From: an uncultured virus (IMG/VR IMGVR_UViG_3300025770_000897)
Lineage: Duplodnaviria; Heunggongvirae; Uroviricota; Caudoviricetes
DNA length: 64,000 bases
Virus record (IMG/VR): IMGVR_UViG_3300025770_000897
Reading direction: 5' to 3' (one strand)
The position numbers and the translations under genes were made by a program. This document shows, piece after piece, positions 48,882-58,289 of this stretch (the stretch's first letter is position 1; each line of letters opens with the position of its first letter). The notes beneath the pieces are model-generated. The model was not told where the DNA came from, did no database searches, and was given only the letters and a program-made list of their open reading frames with translations.

Positions 48882-50252
48882 ATGGCAGTTAATGAACTAC
48901 GAATCGAAACACCAATTGGACCCATCACCGCACCATTAGAAGCCCTTAGTGAATCTTTGAGTTATTTGGCTAATCAAGTTCGTAAAACGGATAAAGCAGA
49001 CCAGTCTATTGAAAAGTTCCTAAGTCTGGGACAAGATTCCGAAACCTATTCCATTGAATCCAAGCGTAAGTTTTACATTGACCGTTCTTATGTTTTCTGG
49101 ATGGAAGCCTTGTTGGGAGTCATTGATTCTGAATGGGAAATTACCAAAGTTGAAAACTACAACCACGGTGAAAATAAAACTGCTCCCGTTTGGTTTGACG
49201 AAAAAGTTGGAAACCGAGTTATCAAAGTTCCTCACAAACTCATTATGTTTGTTCAAAACAAAACCACTCCCGAAAACCGTTTTGTGATTTCCTTTACTCC
49301 TTACGATGAATACGAAGTAGATGTTGTTACACAGTTCCGTAGCGACCAATTCGATTACACCGAGTTCCACGCTAAAATGGAAACTTATTTCTTTGAGCAA
49401 GGTTCGCTTCGTGGAGCGCATTTTGACGCTTCTTACAAGTTTTTGGAAACGCCTCAAGTGGATTGGGATGCAATCATCATCAAAAATGAAGACCGCCACG
49501 TTCTGGACCGAAACTTAACCCGATTTATTGAATCAGTTCCGTTGTTCCAAGACAAAGGATTACGCAGTAGTCGAGGCGTTCTTTTGACGGGTCCACCCGG
49601 AACAGGCAAAACCCTAACTTGTAAAGTTCTGATTAACCAATTGGATGCTACTGTTATCTATGTAGCCCGTGATTCCATCTCCGATGTGGGACAAATTACT
49701 TCGCTTTACAAAGTAGCCCGCCGTTTGTCGCCTTGTGTGGTTATTCTGGAAGATATTGATACCCTCGGTGGACTTTCTCGTGAAGATGCAGACCATCCAG
49801 TTCTCGGAGAGTTCTTAAACTGTTTAGCAGGTGTTGAAGACAACCACGGTGTTGTTACTTTAGCAACCACTAACCACCCAGAAAAGTTGGATTGGGCTTT
49901 AACAGACCGACCCGGCCGTTTTGATGTTCGCTTAGACTTTGGCTATCCTGACGAAACCCTTCGTGAAAGTATTTTGTCTAAGTATCTGTCACCGTTCAAA
50001 ACAGGTAAAATCAACTTGACTCGTATTGCTAAAGATACCAATAAGTTTTCAGGTGCTTATCTACAAGAAATCATTCAATCTGCCTTCATGTTGGCTCACG
50101 AAGAATGTGATTACTGTCACGAACCAGTAATCATGCAAAGTCACCTTGACATGGCTCTATCTCACATCAAGTCTCAGCGTGAAATTGTAGGCCGTGAAAA
50201 GAATCTTTCGTATGCCAGCAACGAAAAAGGGTCTTATGACTTGTATGGTTGA
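48882..50252 (+). CDS. Classical-clade AAA ATPase (single AAA domain)
   Basis: GVLLTGPPGTGKT, VILEDID, TTNHPEKLDWALTDRPGRFD, FSGAYL; ATG 30 nt after TTTAAGTT at 48852. Confidence 0.9.
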   Translation: MAVNELRIETPIGPITAPLEALSESLSYLANQVRKTDKADQSIEKFLSLGQDSETYSIESKRKFYIDRSYVFWMEALLGVIDSEWEITKVENYNHGENKTAPVWFDEKVGNRVIKVPHKLIMFVQNKTTPENRFVISFTPYDEYEVDVVTQFRSDQFDYTEFHAKMETYFFEQGSLRGAHFDASYKFLETPQVDWDAIIIKNEDRHVLDRNLTRFIESVPLFQDKGLRSSRGVLLTGPPGTGKTLTCKVLINQLDATVIYVARDSISDVGQITSLYKVARRLSPCVVILEDIDTLGGLSREDADHPVLGEFLNCLAGVEDNHGVVTLATTNHPEKLDWALTDRPGRFDVRLDFGYPDETLRESILSKYLSPFKTGKINLTRIAKDTNKFSGAYLQEIIQSAFMLAHEECDYCHEPVIMQSHLDMALSHIKSQREIVGREKNLSYASNEKGSYDLYG

Positions 50253-50297
50253 AACCATAACAAAGGTTTTAAGTATCAGAATGACTCTATGTAGGTC

Positions 50298-50945
50298 ATG
50301 TATGGTCGTCAAGTAACTATTCGGGACCTTTCTCTTTTGATGATGGACCTCGACTCGCAACTTAGTTTCGATGAGGCTTACGACCAAGTGGCAGATTTGT
50401 TAAGGCAACACCCAAACGGTGACACTCCCGAAGTTCGAGCCATGCTGGAGTTTGAAATGGTGGATGCTTTGATGGAATCCGAAGTGCGAGATGACGAAGA
50501 TTTAATCGTAGAAGGTCTTATTCGTGCTACACGTCATGGAATCATAGAACCTGAAGCAATTCCTCCAGAACTGGCCGAAAAAGTAGCCAACCGAATGCAA
50601 TTCCAAGAAGAATACGCTGCTGAAGAGTCTCACCCTAAGAACTACATGGTTCATGCCGACATCGCTCGTATTGTGAACTCAGCCCACCGTTTAGAACGTC
50701 TGCAAAATATGTTTTCTGATTACGATGAATGGTTCAAAAGCCGATTATCCGTAAATGCTGATACTCTCGATAGTTTAGCCGATTATCTGGAAGACCAAGA
50801 AAGTTTCATCATGGAAGAAATCAACGCTCGTGACTCTGCGGAATACCTTCGTCAAGAAATGTCAGCCGAAACTTCTGAACCAATAGGTAACTTCCCTAAG
50901 CCAGCACCCTTCAAAGGGATTAGTTATCGCAGTTTGTTACTTTAA
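50298..50945 (+). CDS. Acidic helical protein with AE-flanked helical module
   Basis: YAAE|ESHPKNYMVHADIARI...WFKSRL...LADYLE...SAE; TATA at 50268. Confidence 0.75.
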   Translation: MYGRQVTIRDLSLLMMDLDSQLSFDEAYDQVADLLRQHPNGDTPEVRAMLEFEMVDALMESEVRDDEDLIVEGLIRATRHGIIEPEAIPPELAEKVANRMQFQEEYAAEESHPKNYMVHADIARIVNSAHRLERLQNMFSDYDEWFKSRLSVNADTLDSLADYLEDQESFIMEEINARDSAEYLRQEMSAETSEPIGNFPKPAPFKGISYRSLLL

Positions 50946-50983
50946 GCAAAGTCTTTAAGTATCAGAAGAACTCAACATTTGTT

Positions 50984-52219
50984 ATGGGTGTCAAGACTCC
51001 TAAGTTTAACGGCCACGATAAGTGTGTTGAATGTGGTAGTATTGAAATACCCTTGAGTGAGATGGATGGAGGAGAAATCGGATTGTCGGACTACTACTTC
51101 TCATGTGCTGAATGTGATTTTTCATGGTATGTAGCAGTAAGGACTGATGAACATGAAGATGGGCCAAGTGCAGGTATTGAGTTTGTAGGATTTATGGATG
51201 AAGACGGGAATATACTCGCAGAAGCCCAAGAGTCTAAGTCCATGACTTCTGATTGTCTTCATTGTTCCGAAACAATTATACCTAATGAACCATATCTCTA
51301 TTGTAATGATTGTGGAGACCAAGCGCACTACGATTGTGGTGACGATAATGGATGGAGACAAATAGATGACGACATATTTTGTGAAGGTTGCTACGAATCA
51401 ATCATGGATGCTGCCTATTATCGAGGAGCCCCAGTCGTCATAGGCTTTGATGTTGATAAATTACAGGCTGAAACTTTCGAGGCTATGGGTTGGCATGACC
51501 CACGTTGGGCAGGAGACCGTGAGTCTGTTGAAGCCAAGTTCAAGGCTATGTATCCAACTTACAACATTGAAGAGGACTCAATAGATTATCTCGTTTATTC
51601 TGGTGGTAACAGCAACAAGTATCATGTATTCTTCCTTGCTACCGACCCTGCTGGCAATTATCACTCTTTCAATGCTTACGGTCGAATCGGTTACGCACCT
51701 ACTCTGCACCACAATGCAGGACCCGGAACAAAAGGTTCAGTTACTCAAGCCATCTCGAAAAAGCGACACGCAAAATCCAAGAAAGGATACGTCCAAATGG
51801 CCGAAGAGAACTTCGGACCAAAAAGATTCCGATTAAAAGTCAAACACAACATGGAAGATGGTTGGGAACACGTCGCAGATTTTGACGATGAAGAAGAAGC
51901 AACAAGTATGTATTATGACTTGTCTGAGGCCCGTCAAAGGAAACTCTCAAGAGTTCCCGAATTGAAATTACTTGAGGTTGATGACGACGGTAATGGTGAT
52001 GTTCTATACATACAAAGAAATGCTGCTGAAGAATCTTTTGCTTATCGAGTTCTTGATTCCTTTATCGGTGAACCAGAAGACTATGAAAAAATAGAATTGG
52101 CTAAACCAATTCGCACAGGCTGGTCTATTGGTGCTGGAATAACACTATTCTCTCTTACAGCAGGTATCTTCACACTTGCTGCTGCTAACCTCTTAGGTAG
52201 AAATAATGGTGATGAATAA
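50984..52219 (+). CDS. Tail-anchored mosaic protein: Zn fingers plus WGR-like domain
   Basis: CVEC/CAEC, CLHC/CNDC/CEGC; NSNKYH...YGRIG...KSKKGY; near-C-terminal TM; TATA at 50954. Confidence 0.8.
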   Translation: MGVKTPKFNGHDKCVECGSIEIPLSEMDGGEIGLSDYYFSCAECDFSWYVAVRTDEHEDGPSAGIEFVGFMDEDGNILAEAQESKSMTSDCLHCSETIIPNEPYLYCNDCGDQAHYDCGDDNGWRQIDDDIFCEGCYESIMDAAYYRGAPVVIGFDVDKLQAETFEAMGWHDPRWAGDRESVEAKFKAMYPTYNIEEDSIDYLVYSGGNSNKYHVFFLATDPAGNYHSFNAYGRIGYAPTLHHNAGPGTKGSVTQAISKKRHAKSKKGYVQMAEENFGPKRFRLKVKHNMEDGWEHVADFDDEEEATSMYYDLSEARQRKLSRVPELKLLEVDDDGNGDVLYIQRNAAEESFAYRVLDSFIGEPEDYEKIELAKPIRTGWSIGAGITLFSLTAGIFTLAAANLLGRNNGDE

Positions 52220-52584
52220 TGAATAACAACGTAAAAATCGGATTTGGAATCTTAACTGCTGTGGCTGTTTGGACACAACGAGACAAACTCAAAGAAGTTT
52301 TGGGTGGCTCTGTTTTCAATGCTCATGTGAACCCTGCGGCTGATGCCCAAGTTGCTCGAAACTTTGGAACTGTGAACTTGGTTTCCACCGAACGTAACAT
52401 CATGGCAGGACAAGCCGTCGGGCAAACTCTCAATTACTCTGGTATGGGTCTTTCTCCTGAACAAGTAGGTGCAACTAATGGCCTCAGCCAAATCTTTGAT
52501 TTGTCGGCTTACGCTGCAACCATGAGAACCACCGAACCAGTGTGGGGTCAGAACTATCCCGGCAGAGCCATTGGACAAGACTAA
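52219..52584 (+). CDS. N-anchored small protein
   Basis: IGFGILTAVAVW; GGTGA RBS and TAATG overlap. Confidence 0.7.
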   Translation: MNNNVKIGFGILTAVAVWTQRDKLKEVLGGSVFNAHVNPAADAQVARNFGTVNLVSTERNIMAGQAVGQTLNYSGMGLSPEQVGATNGLSQIFDLSAYAATMRTTEPVWGQNYPGRAIGQD

Positions 52585-52622
52585 CCGAAGTCTTTAAGTA
52601 GTCGTGCCGAGAAAGAAACCTC

Positions 52623-53183
52623 ATGGTAGATTTTGCAGAACTTCGGAATCGTATTCTCAACGGAGAAGACGAGATTCCAGATGAAGTCAAAGAATCTCCT
52701 GTGACAGAAGAGTTTCTTCGACCAGCCACAGGATTTCCGATAATGTTTGGTGCGTTAAGCGTGGCTTTGGTTGTAGCCGATAAACTAAAATTAGAAATGC
52801 TTAAAACTGATGAGTATAACTATCGCCCCATTGTGCTTTCTGTGTTTGGATTTTTGCCACTTGGTTTTGGCCTCGGAGAACTTATGAGGGGACTTTCGGC
52901 TCAAAAGCAATTTTCTCGTTATGAAACTCTTGTTGAAGCCGCCGAATCTGAAGTAGAAAAACTAACTGAAGATGATGTCGAACAAGGTTCACAAGACAAT
53001 TCTTATTCTTACGAAGCCGAAGCCAACTATCAGGCACAAAACCTTGCTGCACTCGGTATGCAACCACTGACAACTTCAAACCTCGGCACAGACGTAGGTG
53101 TATATTCTGACGGAATCTTCGGTCAAGAATCTCCATCACTTTTCAGACCTCCGAGTTATGAAGCCTCAACCTTTGGATGGTGA
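52623..53183 (+). CDS. Two-TM membrane protein
   Basis: TATA at 52593, 30 nt before ATG. Confidence 0.75.
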   Translation: MVDFAELRNRILNGEDEIPDEVKESPVTEEFLRPATGFPIMFGALSVALVVADKLKLEMLKTDEYNYRPIVLSVFGFLPLGFGLGELMRGLSAQKQFSRYETLVEAAESEVEKLTEDDVEQGSQDNSYSYEAEANYQAQNLAALGMQPLTTSNLGTDVGVYSDGIFGQESPSLFRPPSYEASTFGW

Positions 53184-53189
53184 TTTTAA

Positions 53190-54407
53190 ATGACAGAAAA
53201 GTTTTACTGCGTAGGATGCAAACAACATTATGAACTTGAAGTTCATGCTGCACAACGACAACCCAGCAAAGGTGGAAGTTTCCGTCATTCGCTAATTTCC
53301 GAGTGTCCAAAAGGACATCGTGTCAATAAATTGTGCAAAAAAGAAAGGTATGAATCCCAACGTGCTTCTAAGAAAATGTCTGCTGAACGACGCTTCCCAC
53401 ATCCACCAACAACGAAGGAAAATTGGAAACCCGCTGAAGGAATCCGTCATAACAAATCTCTTCGCCCCGAAACTTTTGAGTCACCTTATGTTGGGTCCAA
53501 AGCCTTAAGCGATATTTCTGTAACAACTGACCAATTAACCGAAACTATTGGCTCAGGAGATTTCGACAAAGCCAGTTTGAACTCATCGGGACATCAAAAC
53601 ATCTTTGCTAACGCTGAAGAAGGCAACGCCCCTGTTCAAGACCCAATGGAGTTTGGAGAAATGGCTAACTGGACACCACTTGATGGCACACCTTCACTCA
53701 AGCGTCGTAAAGATGCCGAAGCAGGAAGTTTCCGTGATGGCACAGGCTGTATTTCTAAAGGTTCCTTCCCCAGTATGACTTGTGAACACTGTGGGTTTGA
53801 CCCACACGAACTCGTGTATTACCAATGTAAGCAGAACGATGAAGATTTAACCCGTGATGAATGGAAAGAACAATTGGAGTTTTACTTCTATGAAGGCTCA
53901 CACGGCGAACAGTGTCAAGGTCTTATTGATGAGAACAAAGAAGCAGAAGGCATGACTGTTGGAGTTAATTTGGAAGCCCTTGAACCAACTCCTGATGAAC
54001 CCGAAACTGGTGAATCAATGGTTCCTGCGGATAGTTTCATGCCCGAAGGTTCAGGACACGTTATTGGTTCTCAAAGCACCTCTCACAATTTCACGCCGTT
54101 CCATTCTGAAGACGAAGATGATTTTTATCAGAATGCCGAAACTTTCATCGCTTACCCAGAACTCAAAAACCATCTGGTTTCGATTATGCCAGACAAAGTG
54201 TATAACATCAATTTAATGGAAGACGGCGATTTTCAAATGAGTGTAGCCAATCGCTACATGGATGAAGTAATTTCTGCTGTCAGTGATTATCAAGCCACCG
54301 AAAAATCAGAGTCTGATTTCGTCTTTGGACAATCCAAAACTACTGTTGCAGTAGCGGCTGCAAGTTTGGCGGTTGTCGGAGCATGGCTTTGGAACAAAAG
54401 GAAGTGA
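53190..54407 (+). CDS. Tail-anchored mosaic protein with N-terminal zinc-ribbon (DUF5679-like) module
   Basis: FYCVGCK...ECPKGH; MSAE/NAE/DAE/EAE/HSE sites; C-terminal VAVAAASLAVVGAWLWNKRK. Confidence 0.8.
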   Translation: MTEKFYCVGCKQHYELEVHAAQRQPSKGGSFRHSLISECPKGHRVNKLCKKERYESQRASKKMSAERRFPHPPTTKENWKPAEGIRHNKSLRPETFESPYVGSKALSDISVTTDQLTETIGSGDFDKASLNSSGHQNIFANAEEGNAPVQDPMEFGEMANWTPLDGTPSLKRRKDAEAGSFRDGTGCISKGSFPSMTCEHCGFDPHELVYYQCKQNDEDLTRDEWKEQLEFYFYEGSHGEQCQGLIDENKEAEGMTVGVNLEALEPTPDEPETGESMVPADSFMPEGSGHVIGSQSTSHNFTPFHSEDEDDFYQNAETFIAYPELKNHLVSIMPDKVYNINLMEDGDFQMSVANRYMDEVISAVSDYQATEKSESDFVFGQSKTTVAVAAASLAVVGAWLWNKRK

Positions 54408-54411
54408 AACT

Positions 54412-54936
54412 ATGAGTGGATATGATATTACTTGTGACCCCGGAGATTTATACAGTCGAAAGTGCTACGTGAACAACCCCAAAACAGGGGCTAAAGAAGA
54501 AATTATTGGATATGATGGTGCAGGTAACCCGCTTTCAAAGGGTGCAACTACGGCTGCTGGCACAGCATGGCAAGTCAATTTGACAACACTTAATCAAGAC
54601 GGCACGGCTTACCAGCCTTATGGCTCAGGTGGCGTTCCATACACCCTTATGGGCGGTATCACAGGACTCTTAGGCCGCATTATGCCTTCGGGTGGGGCAG
54701 ATATGCAAGATTGGAAATACATAACTGAGTCGGCTCCGGGTAGTCAGGCTCGTAAAACTTATGAACAGAGGGTTTGTAACCCTCTTTGGCCGACCTTTGG
54801 TTGCCGACAAGGACCTCTTGAAACCGACCTTAACGCCAGCCCCATCGCCGGCGCATCATCTCCTGAAACGGCTTATGAAAACAAATCATCTGGTGAGAAA
54901 ATCGTCGGATGGTGGAAAAGCCTCTTAGGTGCGTGA
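54412..54936 (+). CDS. Hypothetical Gly-rich protein
   Basis: ATG 54412 follows GTGAAACT. Confidence 0.7.
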   Translation: MSGYDITCDPGDLYSRKCYVNNPKTGAKEEIIGYDGAGNPLSKGATTAAGTAWQVNLTTLNQDGTAYQPYGSGGVPYTLMGGITGLLGRIMPSGGADMQDWKYITESAPGSQARKTYEQRVCNPLWPTFGCRQGPLETDLNASPIAGASSPETAYENKSSGEKIVGWWKSLLGA

Positions 54937-54940
54937 AACT

Positions 54941-55267
54941 ATGTCTAAGCGTTCAGTAACTGCTACGCATCGTGGGTCTATTGATGCTAAGTTCGCTGCT
55001 GATGCTGCTACGGAAGATTTGAATGCACGTCAAGCATGGCGTAGTCTTTTGATTCCTGCTGTTGGGTCGGCTTGTTTCTTTGCTTCTGCTGTGGTTGGTT
55101 TTATCCGAACTTACCGCAAGCATGGGTTTCCTAAGAATGCCTTTACAGGTGCTGATTATGCACTCATGGGATTACCATTCGTGGTTATTGGTATGACTCT
55201 GTTTTATCAAGCCGAAGAAGCCGAATTAGCCGAAACTACTGCTGCTGCTTCGGAGAGTGGAGTTTGA
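54941..55267 (+). CDS. Two-TM membrane protein
   Basis: Two hydrophobic helices and an AE-rich tail. Confidence 0.7.
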   Translation: MSKRSVTATHRGSIDAKFAADAATEDLNARQAWRSLLIPAVGSACFFASAVVGFIRTYRKHGFPKNAFTGADYALMGLPFVVIGMTLFYQAEEAELAETTAAASESGV

Positions 55268-55572
55268 TGTTGTGTCCAGTCTGTGACGTAAATTGTTCAC
55301 AAGTTTCGGAAGATTTGTTCGATTGTGACGCTTGTGAAATGCGTTGGGTTTTAGAAACTGACTCAGATACAAAAGTTTCGTATTTAGAAGCAGAAAACAA
55401 CACGGACCCAACTCGTCGAGATTTAGTTCTACTGGGTATGGGTGCTGTCGTCGGAGTTTTTTCAGGAGTCATCGGTGAAATCTTGGCTGAGTTATTTTTA
55501 GACAAACTTCGTCTCCGACACGCCAAACAATATCAACCAATACTTGAGCCAGAACCCGAAACACCTCAGTAG
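55267..55572 (+). CDS. Zinc-ribbon plus TM small protein
   Basis: CPVC..CDAC, LEAE, then a hydrophobic helix. Confidence 0.7.
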   Translation: MLCPVCDVNCSQVSEDLFDCDACEMRWVLETDSDTKVSYLEAENNTDPTRRDLVLLGMGAVVGVFSGVIGEILAELFLDKLRLRHAKQYQPILEPEPETPQ

Positions 55573-55603
55573 TTTTAAGTAGTTTGTATTTCATATCCGT
55601 AAC

Positions 55604-56086
55604 ATGGATAGCGAATCTCGACAGATTTTCTGGGATGGCTATTTAGCCGCCCGTCGAGAACACTTTTTTAAAGAACAACAAGTTTTGTTAGGCAACGAGT
55701 TTCGTAGTAATCCTACGTTTTGGCTTGAAGTAGCCGAAAAAGAATGGGCAGTTGTTAAAGAAAGATTGTCCACAGGTGCTGATGTTTCCGAAACAGTTCA
55801 AGAAACAATCGGTTTAGATTTTTTCGAGGGCAAAATTGTAGTCGTTTCCAGTCAAACTTTTCAACTTGATGATGAAGACCCAGATTCCATAATTTTACCC
55901 TTGTATTCCTACGAAGATTTTGTTATGCTTGCTAATCAAGGTATCTTTCGAGAAACGGATTTTATCTTAGACCGTGAACGACGTTGGCAACCCAAAGTAG
56001 AACAATTGTTAGCACGACACGGCTATGAGCGAGTCGATGTTATTTGGAGAGGAGGTGGTTCTTATCTTAGATTCGTCATTAAATGA
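55604..56086 (+). CDS. Hypothetical protein
   Basis: TATA at 55574, 30 nt before ATG. Confidence 0.75.
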   Translation: MDSESRQIFWDGYLAARREHFFKEQQVLLGNEFRSNPTFWLEVAEKEWAVVKERLSTGADVSETVQETIGLDFFEGKIVVVSSQTFQLDDEDPDSIILPLYSYEDFVMLANQGIFRETDFILDRERRWQPKVEQLLARHGYERVDVIWRGGGSYLRFVIK

Positions 56087-56591
56087 AACACAGTTAGCCA
56101 GCAAATGGGAAAAACTTTCAGAAATGAAGTTCATCACAGTTAAACACATGATTGGCATTATGTTAATCTTAGAAACTCTCATTCAGATTCCGTTTGTTTG
56201 GTTAGCACCCACTCTTGGTTTAGAAACATTTAGTTCTCCGTGGTGGTTACTCCAATTTGCAGGTGTAGTCATGGCAACTAATATCGGAGCAGTTGTGTTA
56301 GCCATCATCGCTCAAGACGCTGCTAACAAGATTGGTCGTTCACAAAGCGAAGCCTTTACCGTAGATTTTATGGAAGGCATCGAAACTTTGACTCAAATTA
56401 TGGCAACTTTAGAAGAAACCGCTTCCCAACGAGGCGAAAACCTTTCAGACCAAATCACGGAATTGATTCCTTTATACTATGACCTCGGTTTAAGTTATGT
56501 CCGAACTCACAACACACCAGCCGTGCAACCACCTCACATTGAAGTTTCACCTGCTGCTGAATACGAATCGGAATCAGAATTGTTTGATTGA
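56025..56591 (+). CDS. Two-TM membrane protein (start uncertain, possibly 56124)
   Basis: Two hydrophobic helices. Confidence 0.65.
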   Translation: MSESMLFGEEVVLILDSSLNETQLASKWEKLSEMKFITVKHMIGIMLILETLIQIPFVWLAPTLGLETFSSPWWLLQFAGVVMATNIGAVVLAIIAQDAANKIGRSQSEAFTVDFMEGIETLTQIMATLEETASQRGENLSDQITELIPLYYDLGLSYVRTHNTPAVQPPHIEVSPAAEYESESELFD

Positions 56592-56641
56592 AGCATTCAA
56601 AGGTTACTTTTAAGTAGTCGAAAACCAGTATTTTAAGTGTT

Positions 56642-57022
56642 ATGCGTTGGCACACCCTTTGGAGTTTTATTCTTTTGTTGTTGTTTAGTTCTGCAACATA
56701 TCTTACTTATTTGGTAAGTCGTGCTGGAGGTGGCTTAGACCCCATTATGATTATTGACATCATGCAAAATGACGTAGCCACTTTAGGACCTGCTGCGTTT
56801 CTGTTAGACATTGTAGTGTTTGGTCTCATCATTCGTTGGTTTGTAGTATCTCGACGGAAAAAGGCAACTGCTGTTTCAAAACCTGCACTTTTTATTCCAT
56901 CTATGATTGAATTACCTGCACCAGAGACCATTCTCCCGTATCCCGAACTCCCAACTTATCAACCAGACTCGGCTACAATTTGGGAAGAAATGGCGATGCT
57001 CAACGAACATGAGAACCTTTAA
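56642..57022 (+). CDS. Two-TM membrane protein
   Basis: TATA at 56609; hydrophobic helices followed by RRKK. Confidence 0.7.
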   Translation: MRWHTLWSFILLLLFSSATYLTYLVSRAGGGLDPIMIIDIMQNDVATLGPAAFLLDIVVFGLIIRWFVVSRRKKATAVSKPALFIPSMIELPAPETILPYPELPTYQPDSATIWEEMAMLNEHENL

Positions 57023-57061
57023 GTATCAGAACAGGCATAACCATGCTACGGAGTTGTTAAA

Positions 57062-57541
57062 ATGGCAAACCAAGACCCACAACCAGAGATTTATTCGACA
57101 TCACACACATTTGCAGGTGCCGCAGCAGCCGGAACATCAAACCAAGTTAGTATTTTTACTAATCAGGCTAACAACGAAGAAGTTCGACTTTACGCCATCG
57201 GTGTTGAAATGTTGGATGCTACCACAGGTGCAGCCTTGACAACAGGTCTCGATTACGATGTCGCCATTCAAGTCGGTCCTAACAACGTCCCATCCAATGC
57301 TTTCTCAGCAGGTTTCATCAACTCCAAGAATGACAAGATGCTGGCTTTCAGCACACCCGTTCTTTGTCTTTTCCAGCAACCACTTTCAGTTACTGTGACC
57401 ACCAACGCTAACGTCGGTGCTAACGGCAGCATTATTCGTATTTCTCTTGTCGGTGAACTTGCTATCCAAAAGATTGCGGCTCACTCAGGATTGGTTGGAT
57501 ACCCAGTCAATGAGATGGCTCCACAAATGCGCCGACGCTAA
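57062..57541 (+). CDS. Small jelly-roll-like structural protein (penton/minor capsid candidate)
   Basis: Beta pattern VRLYAIGV, YDVAIQVG, FSTPVL, LSVTVT, IRISLVG; TATA at 57018. Confidence 0.6.
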   Translation: MANQDPQPEIYSTSHTFAGAAAAGTSNQVSIFTNQANNEEVRLYAIGVEMLDATTGAALTTGLDYDVAIQVGPNNVPSNAFSAGFINSKNDKMLAFSTPVLCLFQQPLSVTVTTNANVGANGSIIRISLVGELAIQKIAAHSGLVGYPVNEMAPQMRRR

Positions 57542-57590
57542 ACCGCTTCAACAAAGTAGTTTTAAGTAGTCGGACAACCATACAATCGGT

Positions 57591-58289
57591 ATGAGTCTGC
57601 GTCGTCAAGCCTATGAGTGGCGAAACATAGTTCCTGTTGGCTCAAATGTCTCCAACACAGGTCATCCAATTTTAACTTACGATGCCGCAGGTGCTGTGCA
57701 AGCCACAGTTCGACAAATAGACCCTGACAGACCCATAGATATTATGATTGGTGGTGTTGGAAACAACCTTGAAGAACCTGCTGAATTGCGTGCTAATCAA
57801 TTTATTGTTATTGACTCTGTGGCTTGTTGGCCGATTTCTTCTGCTATCAATATCCGCATCGGCACAACTCGATACTTTCAAGACCCCTCTGGAATACCAA
57901 ATGCAGGTATGACTGGTGCGGCTATGCCGTATCTACCTTCAGATGCTACTCAACAATTTATAGGTCATTACGATACTTTGATACCTCCTATCTACGTTTT
58001 GCCCGGTCAAGCGTGGGGTATTGAATACACGGCCACTGAAACCCTTAATGCTGGCTCACCAGTTCCTACTTTAGATTCACAAATTGCGACGGCTTATGTT
58101 CGTTATTTACTTATTGATGGTGCTGATATGTTAGTTGCTATGAAACTTTTAGATTCCAACATACCAGTTTCTGCCGAAACTATTCAATGGTATAAGAGAA
58201 ATCTCATTCGCCACAGTCTCATGGCTGATGTTGCTTCTGAAGAATCACTTTCGGAAGTTTTACAAGACATGGAAAGGAGGCTAATTTGA
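57591..58289 (+). CDS. Capsid-family paralogue 3
   Basis: MSLRRQAYEW, IGGVGNN, QFIVID, PIYVLPGQ, YVRYLLIDGAD..QWYKR; TATA at 57561. Confidence 0.75.
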   Translation: MSLRRQAYEWRNIVPVGSNVSNTGHPILTYDAAGAVQATVRQIDPDRPIDIMIGGVGNNLEEPAELRANQFIVIDSVACWPISSAINIRIGTTRYFQDPSGIPNAGMTGAAMPYLPSDATQQFIGHYDTLIPPIYVLPGQAWGIEYTATETLNAGSPVPTLDSQIATAYVRYLLIDGADMLVAMKLLDSNIPVSAETIQWYKRNLIRHSLMADVASEESLSEVLQDMERRLI

